A DNA stretch of 48,333 bases. Source: a bacterium (GTDB taxonomy: Bacteria > Patescibacteriota > Patescibacteriia > Patescibacteriales > UBA12075). The notes below the pieces were generated by a model that was not told the DNA's origin, did not search any database, and saw only the letters and a program-made list of their open reading frames with translations. Location of the stretch: contig JBDRDI010000028.1 in NCBI GenBank assembly GCA_043820875.1, forward strand, positions 1 through 48,333, read 5' to 3'. Shown in pieces: positions 8,156 through 17,816 of the stretch (its first letter is position 1; each line of letters starts with the position of its first letter). The position numbers and the translations under genes are program-made.

Positions 8156-9736
8156 CTATCTCTTCTTCGGCGTAACAAAAAATCCCATATATTTTCCAGC
8201 CATTAATCTGCTTTGCGCGTCCAAACCGGGAACGGAGCCGAATATAATAATACTTAATGGGAGAAGCGCCCATTGTGCTACCATGCCGAAGCTTTTCCAA
8301 AAACCGTATTTTGTCGGACGAGGAGGAAGAAGACACGTGGAAATAATCGCGGATATAACCAATCCGGACATGGCAATGGTCATTAAATTTCTGGTGATGA
8401 TCGGTAAGTTGGCAGAGAGCACGCTATTATTAAAATCATCTCCGCCAAGAAATATTGGCATCCAGCCGATCACCGCGATAATCAGAGCATTTGTGGCCCA
8501 AGAATGAAACCCGTAAATTTGTACCAAGATACGGCTGATGGTTTTTTTCTTTGGTAATAATTTCCATTTTTTTATAGTGTTAAAAAGAATATAAGGAACG
8601 TTTTCAACGCCCCAGCCCCATCTTCTTTGTTGTTTGTATAAATTTTTCGCAGTCGTAAACATTGTTTCATCCATGGTAACATCCATGGAAACCGGATAAT
8701 ACAACGGTTCAACTCGGTAATCGCCGTTATAATAAAAATAACAATGCCAAAAAATTCTTGAATCCTCACTCACCATGGACACGGACCAAAAATCAACATC
8801 AACCAAGGCGCGCCAAGTCATGGAATGCGAGGAATAAGTTGCCAACTTCTCTTGTCTGATTTGTTGCATCATCTGCCAAAAAGTATTTGAAGACGCGGCG
8901 ACCCTAGCAAAAAAAGGCGCCTGCCAAATATTATTATGATAAACCGGTATTGGCTGGTAGCTGGTCCTGTACGGTTTTTCCGCGTTTAAAAATCTATACG
9001 CGAGAACGTAATAATAATTCGGATAAATGACAGTATCAATATCAAAAACATTTACTAAAATTTTATCATAATCAATACCTTCTTTGTCTATTACTTCTTT
9101 TTTTATTATTCTTCCGGCCCAAGCCTGATTTGCACCCTTTCCTTTCAACTCGCCTTCTATGTTTTCCGGATGAATTGTTAAAATAAATTTTCTAAAACTT
9201 GACCCGAATTCTTTTTCAATCTCTTTTGCCCTAGAAAGCGCTTCTTGTCCTGCCCTTTCTTCAACCGACAAAATAATTATCATATTTTCAGTCGGATATC
9301 CACAATTTTTAATTGCTTCCAACGTTGTCGCAACGACTTCTTTACTTTCTTTATAAATCGGAAGGATAGTGAGCTGAACAATATCGCGCCAGTTTAAATT
9401 TATTTTTCTTTTTTCATGGGTCTGAAAATTTTCAATTTCCAAAACTCTCTCTCCCAATTCTTCGCACTTTTGACGCCAATCAACACTAATATTTTTTTTC
9501 ATTTTTCCGTAAGAAGATATAAGATGAATACTTAAAAACAGAACCAGCAAGAGCCAATAAATATCAAAGGCAATAATAAAATAGGCCACAAAAATCGGAT
9601 GAAAATATGAAAGCACTGCCAGAGTAATCAAAGTCCCCCATGATAAAAATCCGGGAAAAATTTCAAATAAGCGGTAAAAAATCTTGTTTTTTCCGCTTAA
9701 TTCAATTGCCTTGCCTATTTTGAGATAATCAGACAT
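8156..9736 (-). CDS. Membrane GT2 glycosyltransferase, processive (cellulose-synthase-like) type
   Basis: N- and C-terminal TM helices; DID, SED and QQRRW motifs (D,D,D,QxxRW). Confidence 0.8.
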   Translation of the reverse strand: MSDYLKIGKAIELSGKNKIFYRLFEIFPGFLSWGTLITLAVLSYFHPIFVAYFIIAFDIYWLLLVLFLSIHLISSYGKMKKNISVDWRQKCEELGERVLEIENFQTHEKRKINLNWRDIVQLTILPIYKESKEVVATTLEAIKNCGYPTENMIIILSVEERAGQEALSRAKEIEKEFGSSFRKFILTIHPENIEGELKGKGANQAWAGRIIKKEVIDKEGIDYDKILVNVFDIDTVIYPNYYYVLAYRFLNAEKPYRTSYQPIPVYHNNIWQAPFFARVAASSNTFWQMMQQIRQEKLATYSSHSMTWRALVDVDFWSVSMVSEDSRIFWHCYFYYNGDYRVEPLYYPVSMDVTMDETMFTTAKNLYKQQRRWGWGVENVPYILFNTIKKWKLLPKKKTISRILVQIYGFHSWATNALIIAVIGWMPIFLGGDDFNNSVLSANLPIITRNLMTIAMSGLVISAIISTCLLPPRPTKYGFWKSFGMVAQWALLPLSIIIFGSVPGLDAQSRLMAGKYMGFFVTPKKR

Positions 9737-10361
9737 AATTATTCTTACGCCGGCCGATTTTTAGTATTTTCTTTTTAAAAATAATATCCCCAGTATAATA
9801 CAAAATATAATAAAAAACAATAAAAGCAAAGAGGTTTTTAAAACGGGTAAAATCAGTAAAATATGTAGAAGCTTTTTGAATAATTTCCATCGGTTTCATG
9901 AAGACCTCCCAGCTGTTCAATCTATCAATAAGACCCAGCATGACTCCAAGCGAAATGACAGGTATTCCAAGCGGGGCAAAAAATAAAGCGGTTCTCTTGC
10001 CAAAAATTTTGGATATCAAGGTTTTCATTTGATTAAAAAGATAAACAAATCCCACCCAACCAATTACGGCATAGGTGAAAAAAAACATAATCATCCAGGC
10101 GTTCTCCACGCATATTCTGTTTTTGTTATCCGGGCAAAAGCCTGATAAATGTCTTGCGTCGGCCACAACATAGGCCGTGTTGGGAATGAAGAGAATCCAA
10201 AAAAACGCCAAAAAAATCGCTAGGACAATGTGAATCAGACGCCGAAATTTTGTTTTTTTCCATAGCTCCCCCAAACACAGAGATAAAAAAAATGGAATTA
10301 TTAATAAAAATAAGTTCCAAAATATATATACTATATAATAATCATTAATCGCAAAATTCAT
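9729..10361 (-). CDS. Integral membrane protein, DUF1361-like
   Basis: 'WNLFLLIIP', 'WILFIPNTAYVVAD' and 'RLNSWEVF' motifs; about 5 TMs; overlaps the GT2 gene by 8 nt. Confidence 0.7.
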   Translation of the reverse strand: MNFAINDYYIVYIFWNLFLLIIPFFLSLCLGELWKKTKFRRLIHIVLAIFLAFFWILFIPNTAYVVADARHLSGFCPDNKNRICVENAWMIMFFFTYAVIGWVGFVYLFNQMKTLISKIFGKRTALFFAPLGIPVISLGVMLGLIDRLNSWEVFMKPMEIIQKASTYFTDFTRFKNLFAFIVFYYILYYTGDIIFKKKILKIGRRKNNYV

Positions 10362-10373
10362 AAGTCCAAATAA

Positions 10374-12242
10374 TTAAAAAGATGTCTCATCCCCGTCTTT
10401 CGGAGCGACTTCTGTCCCCTGTTTTTCAGAATTTTTAAATTTGTTTTGAGAAGAATCATGATGAAAATTTGTTCCACGTTTTTTTCCGGAAAAATTTACC
10501 GGACCGCGTCGCAGGGCCTCGGACAAAGAAATTTCTTCTTCAGTTGCGACAAACTCCTTAACAAGCGCAACTTGTGGAAAACTCTCGCTTCTTACTTCTT
10601 TTTTTGAATCTTCTTTTTCTTTTAATTTTTTCAATTCTTCTTGCTTGTCTTTCAGACGACGTTCTGTTTCGTCTTGCTTTTCTTTTTTGGATTGTCTTAA
10701 ACATTCTTTGCAAAGAACAGGCCGTAAACCATCCGGCAAAAAAGAAGTTTTGGTCTCTTTGCCACATCGAGCGCAAATTGCCGAATATTTATAAATATCA
10801 TTATCCGAAAAATTACCTTCTTTTTTTTTCGTTCTTTCTCCGAAAGAAGACTGCGGAAAACTTTTCTTTTCCGCGACGGGTATTTTTTTATTTTTATTTA
10901 TTGGGGGTTGTTCATTTTCCGGGTCATGACCATTCTCATGCCAGAGATTAATTATATCTTCAACTTCTTTTTTATTTTTTGCATAACGCTCTCGACTGGT
11001 ATTGATTGCTTCTTCTGTATTGCCGGTCTTTTCTTCTTCGTTTAACGGTCTCAAACCTCGCGCAGAAAAAGGCTGAGAGGCTATGCCATCAATCATTAAT
11101 TTCAAATAAATTTCATATTTCGGCAGATTAACAATATCTTCATCCGTAAAAATCGGGGCGAATTCCGGCATCAAAACTTCCGCGTCGGCGGCACCAACTC
11201 GAAAAACAATCAAAGTGCCCACATTCCCGAAAACCGCGCTTTGCACCTCCTCGCTCAATTGTTCAATATATTGATGGGCCAATGTTATATTCAAACGATA
11301 TTTTCTGGCTTCAGATAAAATATTTGCAAAACTTTCTGTCGCAAAATTTTGAAATTCATCAACATATAAATAAAAATCTTTTCTTTCATTTTCCGGTACA
11401 TTAACCCGACTCATGGCGGCCAACTGTATTTTGGTAATTACCATCGCTCCCAATAAAGCTGAGTTGTCTTCACCGATGCGACCCTTACTTAAGTTAAGAA
11501 TCAAAATCTTTCCTTCGTCCATAATCTTCCGCATATCAATCGTGGATTTCGTCTGGCCAATGATATTACGAATTAATGAACTGGATAAAAATTGGCCGAC
11601 TTTATTTTGAATCGGAGAAACAGCTTCAGCGGCAAATTTGTCGTTGTATCCCGCGAACTCATTTACCCAAAAAGATTTCACCACCGGATCATGTATTTTC
11701 TCAATGACTTTTTTTCGAAAAGTTTTGTCAGACAACATACGCGTAATTGCCAAAAGCGTTGAACCGGGATATTCCAAAACCGCCAAAATTGAATTTCTTA
11801 AAATATATTCCAAACGAGGCCCCCACGAGTCAGCCCATAATTTTTGAAATACGCCAATCAAACCAGAGGCCACAAGGTGGCGTAAGTGCGGTTCAACTTG
11901 TTCCACCACATTGAACGCGATTGGATATTCCATGTCGGCCGGATTAAAATAGACAACATCTTTAATGCGATCGGAAGGAATATATTCTATCACTTTTTCC
12001 GACAAATCTCCGTGCGGGTCAACCACTGCCACACCGTGCCCGGCGCGAATATCTTCCACAATCATATTTTCCAATATGGTGGATTTTCCCATGCCGGTTT
12101 TACCAATTAAATACATATGGCGGCGGCGGTCGTCTTTTTTAATACCAAATTTTCTGATTTTATTTCGAAACGTAGTTTCGGCAAAAACTATTATATCATC
12201 GTTTTCCATAATATGCTTATTATAATTTTTATCTTTAAACAA
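10374..12242 (-). CDS. VirD4/TraD/HerA-like P-loop ATPase with C-terminal CxxC-x17-CxxC domain
   Basis: Walker A GKTGMGKS, DPHGD, Walker B LYVDEFQNF, 'SEARKY'; CARC-x17-CKEC near the C-terminus. Confidence 0.85.
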   Translation of the reverse strand: MFKDKNYNKHIMENDDIIVFAETTFRNKIRKFGIKKDDRRRHMYLIGKTGMGKSTILENMIVEDIRAGHGVAVVDPHGDLSEKVIEYIPSDRIKDVVYFNPADMEYPIAFNVVEQVEPHLRHLVASGLIGVFQKLWADSWGPRLEYILRNSILAVLEYPGSTLLAITRMLSDKTFRKKVIEKIHDPVVKSFWVNEFAGYNDKFAAEAVSPIQNKVGQFLSSSLIRNIIGQTKSTIDMRKIMDEGKILILNLSKGRIGEDNSALLGAMVITKIQLAAMSRVNVPENERKDFYLYVDEFQNFATESFANILSEARKYRLNITLAHQYIEQLSEEVQSAVFGNVGTLIVFRVGAADAEVLMPEFAPIFTDEDIVNLPKYEIYLKLMIDGIASQPFSARGLRPLNEEEKTGNTEEAINTSRERYAKNKKEVEDIINLWHENGHDPENEQPPINKNKKIPVAEKKSFPQSSFGERTKKKEGNFSDNDIYKYSAICARCGKETKTSFLPDGLRPVLCKECLRQSKKEKQDETERRLKDKQEELKKLKEKEDSKKEVRSESFPQVALVKEFVATEEEISLSEALRRGPVNFSGKKRGTNFHHDSSQNKFKNSEKQGTEVAPKDGDETSF

Positions 12243-13797
12243 AAGGCAAATCCGGCGGAGGAGAGCCCTTCACGCTATGCGACTCTTTTGGAGATGATGG
12301 GCTGGGAATATTTTTAAAAATTTCATCAATCTCGCCGCTTTCAACAGATTCGCGTGAATTATTAGCTACTCTTTCTTTTGCTTTTTCTTCCGGAACAATA
12401 TTATTTTTTTTATTTTCTCGAATTGGTTCTAAAAATATATTATCCAACTCGCTTGCGGATTCACTTTGTTCAAAAACAGATCTTTCATCGCTTCCTTCGC
12501 TGAATGATAATGACATAGGAGGCTGAGCTCTCTTGGTGCTGGTCTTTTGGATCAAAGGCGCTTTTACCACAGACTCAACCGGAAAATGCCAAATGGTCGC
12601 CAATTCTTGGATGGTCATCACGGCCGGTAAACGTCCACCCCAGTCGCTGCGCTTAACATAATTATTCATGATTCTATTTTTTTTCGCGTTTAATCTTTTT
12701 TCTTTAAAAAAATAATTCGCAGTGGTAGCGGTTCTTTGCATATCCGGCTTCAGATTGTTCAAACCCAAATCCATAAATTGTTTCATATATCCCACAAATC
12801 CATTGACTACTTTTGGAACATTTTTTACTTCCTTTTTCGCCATATAAACAATACGATATTTGAACTCAAAAGAAAGTTTGGACATTTTTTCTTGAATAGC
12901 CTCTACTTGTTTTTTTTCTATCGGCTTTAAATTAAACATTTTAAAAACATCATCTTTTTTTTCTTCTTTTTTATCCGCTGCCTCGCTGGAAAAAATTGTT
13001 TCCAAAATACTCGCGATAGCGTTAAAAATATGGTCAAGAATATTTGGTTTTGATTCAGTTTTTTCTTTTAATATTTTTTTTACTTCTTCATCACATTTTT
13101 CCACCCACTCATAGCCTGTCGGGATCACAATCATTTGCGACCAAAGCTGTTCTCCCTTACCCAAGCTGCTGCATAAATCCATTAAAGAAGCCATCGGATC
13201 TTTAAAATGCTCTTCTGGCGCGCCAAGCTGATACACGAATTCTTCATATATTTTAATCGGATAAGCCCAATGTTTGCCATGAATAAATTCTCCTCCCCAA
13301 ATATCATATTCCTTGTCCGGAAATTTGCGTGGCATGCCCTCGGTATAATCACCGACTTCCATAATTTCAGCGTCCGGATATTGCGAATAAATCGCCGATT
13401 CCACCAGATTTCGGAATTTTATAGGCGTATGAATCAAAAATTGTGTATATCCCTCGATACTCACGATTTCAAAACTGAAAGCTAACTGAAAAATCCCTTC
13501 CCAGTAAGTATCAATAAGATTTAAACTGCCATGCGCGCCGGCCAAATAAGTAAAGATATTTTCCACAGCTTTTGGCGACTGCTCGTTGCCGCGCGGTATA
13601 TCAATTGCCAAAAAAATAAATTCTTGAGTTTTATGCCATTGGCCTCTTATATAAAAAAGCCAGACTTCTTTCGCTCCCCATAAAAAAACAACGGCCATTG
13701 GAATCCAGCCAAAATTTATGAGCATGGACGCAAGCATTTGATCTGCGGGCAAATTCATAAAAGCTTGTATTCTTGATAAATCAATTTCTATATTCAC
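12235..13797 (-). CDS. Conserved hypothetical membrane-anchored protein, likely partner of the VirD4-like ATPase
   Basis: 520 aa, GTG start, N-terminal TM; 'FSFEIVS...AIYSQYPDAEI' and 'ELATIWHFP' motifs; ends PPPDLPFV; overlaps the ATPase gene by 8 nt. Confidence 0.75.
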   Translation of the reverse strand: MNIEIDLSRIQAFMNLPADQMLASMLINFGWIPMAVVFLWGAKEVWLFYIRGQWHKTQEFIFLAIDIPRGNEQSPKAVENIFTYLAGAHGSLNLIDTYWEGIFQLAFSFEIVSIEGYTQFLIHTPIKFRNLVESAIYSQYPDAEIMEVGDYTEGMPRKFPDKEYDIWGGEFIHGKHWAYPIKIYEEFVYQLGAPEEHFKDPMASLMDLCSSLGKGEQLWSQMIVIPTGYEWVEKCDEEVKKILKEKTESKPNILDHIFNAIASILETIFSSEAADKKEEKKDDVFKMFNLKPIEKKQVEAIQEKMSKLSFEFKYRIVYMAKKEVKNVPKVVNGFVGYMKQFMDLGLNNLKPDMQRTATTANYFFKEKRLNAKKNRIMNNYVKRSDWGGRLPAVMTIQELATIWHFPVESVVKAPLIQKTSTKRAQPPMSLSFSEGSDERSVFEQSESASELDNIFLEPIRENKKNNIVPEEKAKERVANNSRESVESGEIDEIFKNIPSPSSPKESHSVKGSPPPDLPFV

Positions 13798-13810
13798 AAT
13801 AAATATGATT

Positions 13811-13891
13811 CAAATTTACAAATAATATGCGAATCTACGAATATTTTAATAATTTTTGTATTTGTAGATTTGCATATCATTTGTAGATTTG
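13811..13891. repeat. 33-bp imperfect inverted repeat built from TAC[AG]AAT-like units
   Basis: caaatttacaaataatatgcgaatctacgaata / tatttgtagatttgcatatcatttgtagatttg; 4 mismatches, all transitions. Confidence 0.85.
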
Positions 13892-13932
13892 CATTATATA
13901 TTATATTATACCACATTCATCGCCGAAAACAC

Positions 13933-13966
13933 AAACCTCGCCCTTCAACAAGTTCAGGACGAGGTT
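13933..13966. terminator. Hairpin downstream of the sigma4-HTH gene, containing a REP-like core
   Basis: AACCTCG-cccttcaacaagttcagga-CGAGGTT inverted repeat. Confidence 0.5.
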
Positions 13967-13987
13967 CGCGTGTGATTATTTATTTCT

Positions 13988-15199
13988 TTAAATTGCTTCG
14001 GTTGAAATATATTTTCCTTCTTTTTTGGATTTATCTTTATTCATCAGCGCCAAAATTATGGTGGCTTTTTTTACCAAACGTTTTTCCAATACTCTTTTTA
14101 TGACTTCATCTCGAGTCAAAGAACCGCTGGCTTCTTTCAGAACTTCGTCAATGACATCTGAGACAGTTCCTTTTTTATAACCCCAATTTGACAATCCATA
14201 TAATCCTCTTCCAACCAAAATATATTTTTTATCAAGTATCAATTCATTATGTACTGTCGCGGCGTTGGCTTTCTTGTGGTCAAAAGCAATCTTATTAATA
14301 TGCTCGGCAATTTCGCTAAAATGCAACGGCTTATTAAGATTCTTTAATATCAAATATATTTTATCATTGATGGTTTTTGGCTTTATTTCCCGCGAATCTT
14401 TTGCTCCCCAATGACCGAACTTATTTTGTTCAATCTCTTTTGAAGCTTTCAATATCGCGTATAAAACTTTATTATCATTTATAACATCGCTTCTTTCTTC
14501 ATAAAAATCATTTTTCAAAGCTCTGGAAATATCTAGCACGCTGTCAATCTCAACTTTTTCTCGGTGCTTATTATAAGATTCCAAATTTTTTATTTTTTCA
14601 ATTAAATCTTTTGTGCCATGGATTGAATCAACTTCTAATATTTTTTTATGAATATCTTCCGCGATTTCTTCCAAGTGAGCCAAGTCTTGATATTTTAATC
14701 TGTATGAAGCTTTAAAAGGATTTGAGTTGGTCACTTCTTCAAACTCTTTGTTTAAGAGCTTTGTAATCATAAAATTTAAATAATTTTTGTGAATCAATTC
14801 GTCTTGCTCTTTTGACTTGAAACCATCAGCGGAAAATCCGGCCAAAATTTCAAGCATATATTCTCTTTCCATCAGCCCGCCGTGTTCTTCCAATAATTGA
14901 CAAATTACTTTCTTCAAGGTGTCTACATATCCTTCCAAATTTTTAAGCTGTTGTAATTTTTTGACGCTAGAAGTTTCAATCTGTCTTATTCTTTCCCTGG
15001 TCAATTTGTGGGCGTTGCCAATGCTTTCCAGCGTTTCTTTTTCGCCGCTATGCAATCCGTACCGACGAATCAAAACATCAACTTCCCTTTCGGCAAGCTC
15101 GCTGAATAAATTATTGATAATTTCAACAGCATCCAAATTATTGACTTCCTCGGCTTTTTTATTGTCCATTATCTGGTCTAGAATTGATACATTATCCAT
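13988..15199 (-). CDS. Sigma-70 region 4 domain plus C-terminal winged HTH (HARE-HTH/RNAP-delta-like) protein; start at 15199 or 15214
   Basis: 'LAEREVDVLIRRYGL..ETLESIG...LTRERIRQIE' is sigma region 4; 'DKIYLILKNLNKPLHFSEIAEHI...VHNELI..YILVGRGLYGLSNW' resembles a delta/HARE-HTH domain; no sigma region 2. Confidence 0.75.
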   Translation of the reverse strand: MDNVSILDQIMDNKKAEEVNNLDAVEIINNLFSELAEREVDVLIRRYGLHSGEKETLESIGNAHKLTRERIRQIETSSVKKLQQLKNLEGYVDTLKKVICQLLEEHGGLMEREYMLEILAGFSADGFKSKEQDELIHKNYLNFMITKLLNKEFEEVTNSNPFKASYRLKYQDLAHLEEIAEDIHKKILEVDSIHGTKDLIEKIKNLESYNKHREKVEIDSVLDISRALKNDFYEERSDVINDNKVLYAILKASKEIEQNKFGHWGAKDSREIKPKTINDKIYLILKNLNKPLHFSEIAEHINKIAFDHKKANAATVHNELILDKKYILVGRGLYGLSNWGYKKGTVSDVIDEVLKEASGSLTRDEVIKRVLEKRLVKKATIILALMNKDKSKKEGKYISTEAI

Positions 15200-15276
15200 A
15201 AAATTATTGTGCATCCAAAAGCATGGAATATTGACCGCACCTATTTGAATATTTAAGACTCTTGTAAATTATCCAT

Positions 15277-15305
15277 AATATAGCACAATTTTTTCTGTTA
15301 GTCAA
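15277..15305 (-). promoter_or_regulatory. Sigma70-type promoter for the sigma4-HTH gene
   Basis: TTGACT-N17-TATATT with an extended TG. Confidence 0.6.
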
Positions 15306-15416
15306 GTAATTTTAATAAACTACCTTAAATATTAAAATATTACTTAATATTAGACAAAAAACAACTAACATGTTATAAATGTTAGCTATACAAAAAATTT
15401 AAAAAATATTAAAATA

Positions 15417-16361
15417 TTAAAATCCCAAATACTCTATTTCTTCGTGAAGTTCTAAATTAAACATGGTTCGCGCTCGCTGTTTTATAAAAGAAATTAATAT
15501 GGCCACGTCTCCTGCTGTGGCATTGCCGGTGTTTACAATAAAATTAGTGTGTTCCAAACTTACTTTCGCCCCGCCTTGTTTTTTTCCTCCAAACCCAAGC
15601 TCTTTAATAATCCAACCGGCGCCCACTTTCCCGTTGCGGACTACTCCATTCTTTTCCGCCTCTTTTGCCAAATATTGACTGGCTTCTTTGATCACTGCTA
15701 TTTCCGGATTTTTAAAAATACATCCCGCTGATGGCAACTTCGGCTGACTTGATTGTCTTGCCATTAAATTTTCGCTTGCTTTTTCAATGACTTTTCTTCC
15801 GTCCATTTTTGAAAGACGCAATGTGGCCTGCCAAATTATTAATTTTTTATTTTGCTTAATGATGCTGTCCCGATAACCAAATTGACAATCGTTCTTGCTA
15901 AAAATCACAAATCTCTTTTTCGCAAGGTCATAGACTTCTATTGTTTCAACACTATCGGAAATACTTCCGCCATATGCGCCGGCATTCCCGCGAATCGCTC
16001 CTCCAACGGCTCCCGGAATTCCAACTGCCCATTCCAGACCCGAAAGAGCGGTCGAAGTTGCGGTATTAACTGCCTTGCCAAATTCCGCCCCTGCTCCGCA
16101 CTCCATTCTTTCGCCCAAAACTTTTATTTCTTTATTATTTAATTTAATCACCAAACCATCAACGCCATCGCTGTTTATTAAAACATTGCTTCCGCCGGCC
16201 AAAATAAAATAATCAATTTTGTTTTTTCTTGCCCATTCCATCGCCTCCTCCAATTCATTCTTTTCCGCAACATCAATAAAAAGCTTGGCCCGTCCGCCAA
16301 TCTTAAAAGTGGTCATCGGTTTCAAATCAACATCTTCTTGTATTTTTTGCTCTATAGGCAT
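15417..16361 (-). CDS. murB: UDP-N-acetylenolpyruvoylglucosamine reductase
   Basis: TTFKIGG, GGSNVL, GIPGAVGGAIRGNAGAYG, FGYRDS, SAGCIFKNP and HTNFIVN motifs. Confidence 0.96.
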   Translation of the reverse strand: MPIEQKIQEDVDLKPMTTFKIGGRAKLFIDVAEKNELEEAMEWARKNKIDYFILAGGSNVLINSDGVDGLVIKLNNKEIKVLGERMECGAGAEFGKAVNTATSTALSGLEWAVGIPGAVGGAIRGNAGAYGGSISDSVETIEVYDLAKKRFVIFSKNDCQFGYRDSIIKQNKKLIIWQATLRLSKMDGRKVIEKASENLMARQSSQPKLPSAGCIFKNPEIAVIKEASQYLAKEAEKNGVVRNGKVGAGWIIKELGFGGKKQGGAKVSLEHTNFIVNTGNATAGDVAILISFIKQRARTMFNLELHEEIEYLGF

Positions 16362-16384
16362 AATATAATAATATTTTATTTAGA

Positions 16385-17809
16385 TTATTCCACGAGTCCC
16401 TCTCCAATCCGAAAAACATCTCCAGCACCCATTAAAATTATCACATCCCCCTCGCCTGCCTTTCCTCTTAAATAATTTTCCGCCTCTTCAAGCGTTGGAA
16501 TATATTTTGCTTTCCCGTCTTCAGATTTTTCTTCTATTATTTTCTCTACCAAATCACTACTATGCGCTCCTCCTTGTTTTTCACGAGAAGAGCCATAAAT
16601 ATCCAAGACAATCACTTCGTCCGCGTCCGTGAAACTCTTGGAAAAATCCGAAAAAAATTCTTTTGTGCGGGTGAAAGTGTGCGGATGAAAAACAACAATT
16701 ATATTTTTGTCTTTATATAATTCTCGCGCTCCTGCGAGAGTTGCCTTTATTTCCGTCGGATGATGCGCGTAATCATCAACGATTATCGCGCCACGAAATT
16801 TTCCCATCACTTCCATGCGTCGCGCCGTTCCTGTAAATTCTTCCAAATATTTTCTAATCTCTGATAAATCAATATTCAATTCAATACAAAAAACGATCAC
16901 CGCGAGAGCGTTGGAAATATTATGCTTTCCGTGGAGTTGAATGCAAAAATCCCCCAAATCTTCATCTTTGAAATCTTTTTCACCCTCATCTTCGTCAAGA
17001 TCGGATACACCGAATTTCACTTTAAAATATTGCCTGCCGGCATCCGACTTGATATCATACGCAACATAATCCGCTGTTTCATTTATAGCATAAGTGATAA
17101 CGCGTCCGTGACAATTGACCCACGCGATTTTACGCGTATTCGCATCGTCAAAATTGGCAATCAAAAATCCCTTCTTCGGAATTTTTTTTATAAATTCAAT
17201 GAAGACGTCGCAATAACTTTTTTCGTCCGGAAAAAAATCCGGATGGTCATAGTCAATATTATTGAGAATAACGGCTTGCGGATGAAAAAATTGCAACTTG
17301 TTTTGGTATTCATCAACTTCGGAAATAAAATAGTCTGATTTCCCAACCAAACTGAGTCCCTCAAACTGTGGCACGCGCGCGCCAACCAACACGTTAGGCG
17401 ATATTCCGGCGCGATCCAAAACATACCCGAGCCACGCCGTTGTTGTTGTTTTACCGTGCGAACCAACGACCGCAATACCATATTGCGAATTAAAAATTTC
17501 CGCGAGAGCTTCGGCATAAGTCAAAACTTTAATTTTCTTTTTCAGCGCCACAGCAACTTCTTCATTTGTTTCCTTATTATATCCAGTAGAATAAATAATC
17601 AAATCCACGTTACCTGGAATATTATTTTTATCAAATTTTTCAATCACCTTAATCCCCACTTTTGCCAGAACCTCGTCAGTCATAAATTTTTCCTCCACAT
17701 CCGAACCACTTATCTCACACCCATTTTCAGCCAAAAACTGCGCCAACATTGTCATGCCCACGCCCTTAATCCCAATCATATAGATTTTCTTGTTTTTATA
17801 CAGTTCCAT
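16385..17809 (-). CDS. murC: UDP-N-acetylmuramate--L-alanine ligase (probable start ATG 17809)
   Basis: IGIKGVGM, GSHGKTTT, DYDHPD, DDYAHHPTEI and MGAGD motifs; homology starts at MELYKNKKIY. Confidence 0.93.
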   Translation of the reverse strand: MELYKNKKIYMIGIKGVGMTMLAQFLAENGCEISGSDVEEKFMTDEVLAKVGIKVIEKFDKNNIPGNVDLIIYSTGYNKETNEEVAVALKKKIKVLTYAEALAEIFNSQYGIAVVGSHGKTTTTAWLGYVLDRAGISPNVLVGARVPQFEGLSLVGKSDYFISEVDEYQNKLQFFHPQAVILNNIDYDHPDFFPDEKSYCDVFIEFIKKIPKKGFLIANFDDANTRKIAWVNCHGRVITYAINETADYVAYDIKSDAGRQYFKVKFGVSDLDEDEGEKDFKDEDLGDFCIQLHGKHNISNALAVIVFCIELNIDLSEIRKYLEEFTGTARRMEVMGKFRGAIIVDDYAHHPTEIKATLAGARELYKDKNIIVVFHPHTFTRTKEFFSDFSKSFTDADEVIVLDIYGSSREKQGGAHSSDLVEKIIEEKSEDGKAKYIPTLEEAENYLRGKAGEGDVIILMGAGDVFRIGEGLVE

Positions 17810-17816
17810 TGTTATA

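Noticed and set aside
10374-13797. Conjugative element or ICE
   Set aside because: No relaxase, VirB4, mating-pair genes, integrase or boundary repeats are present in the window.
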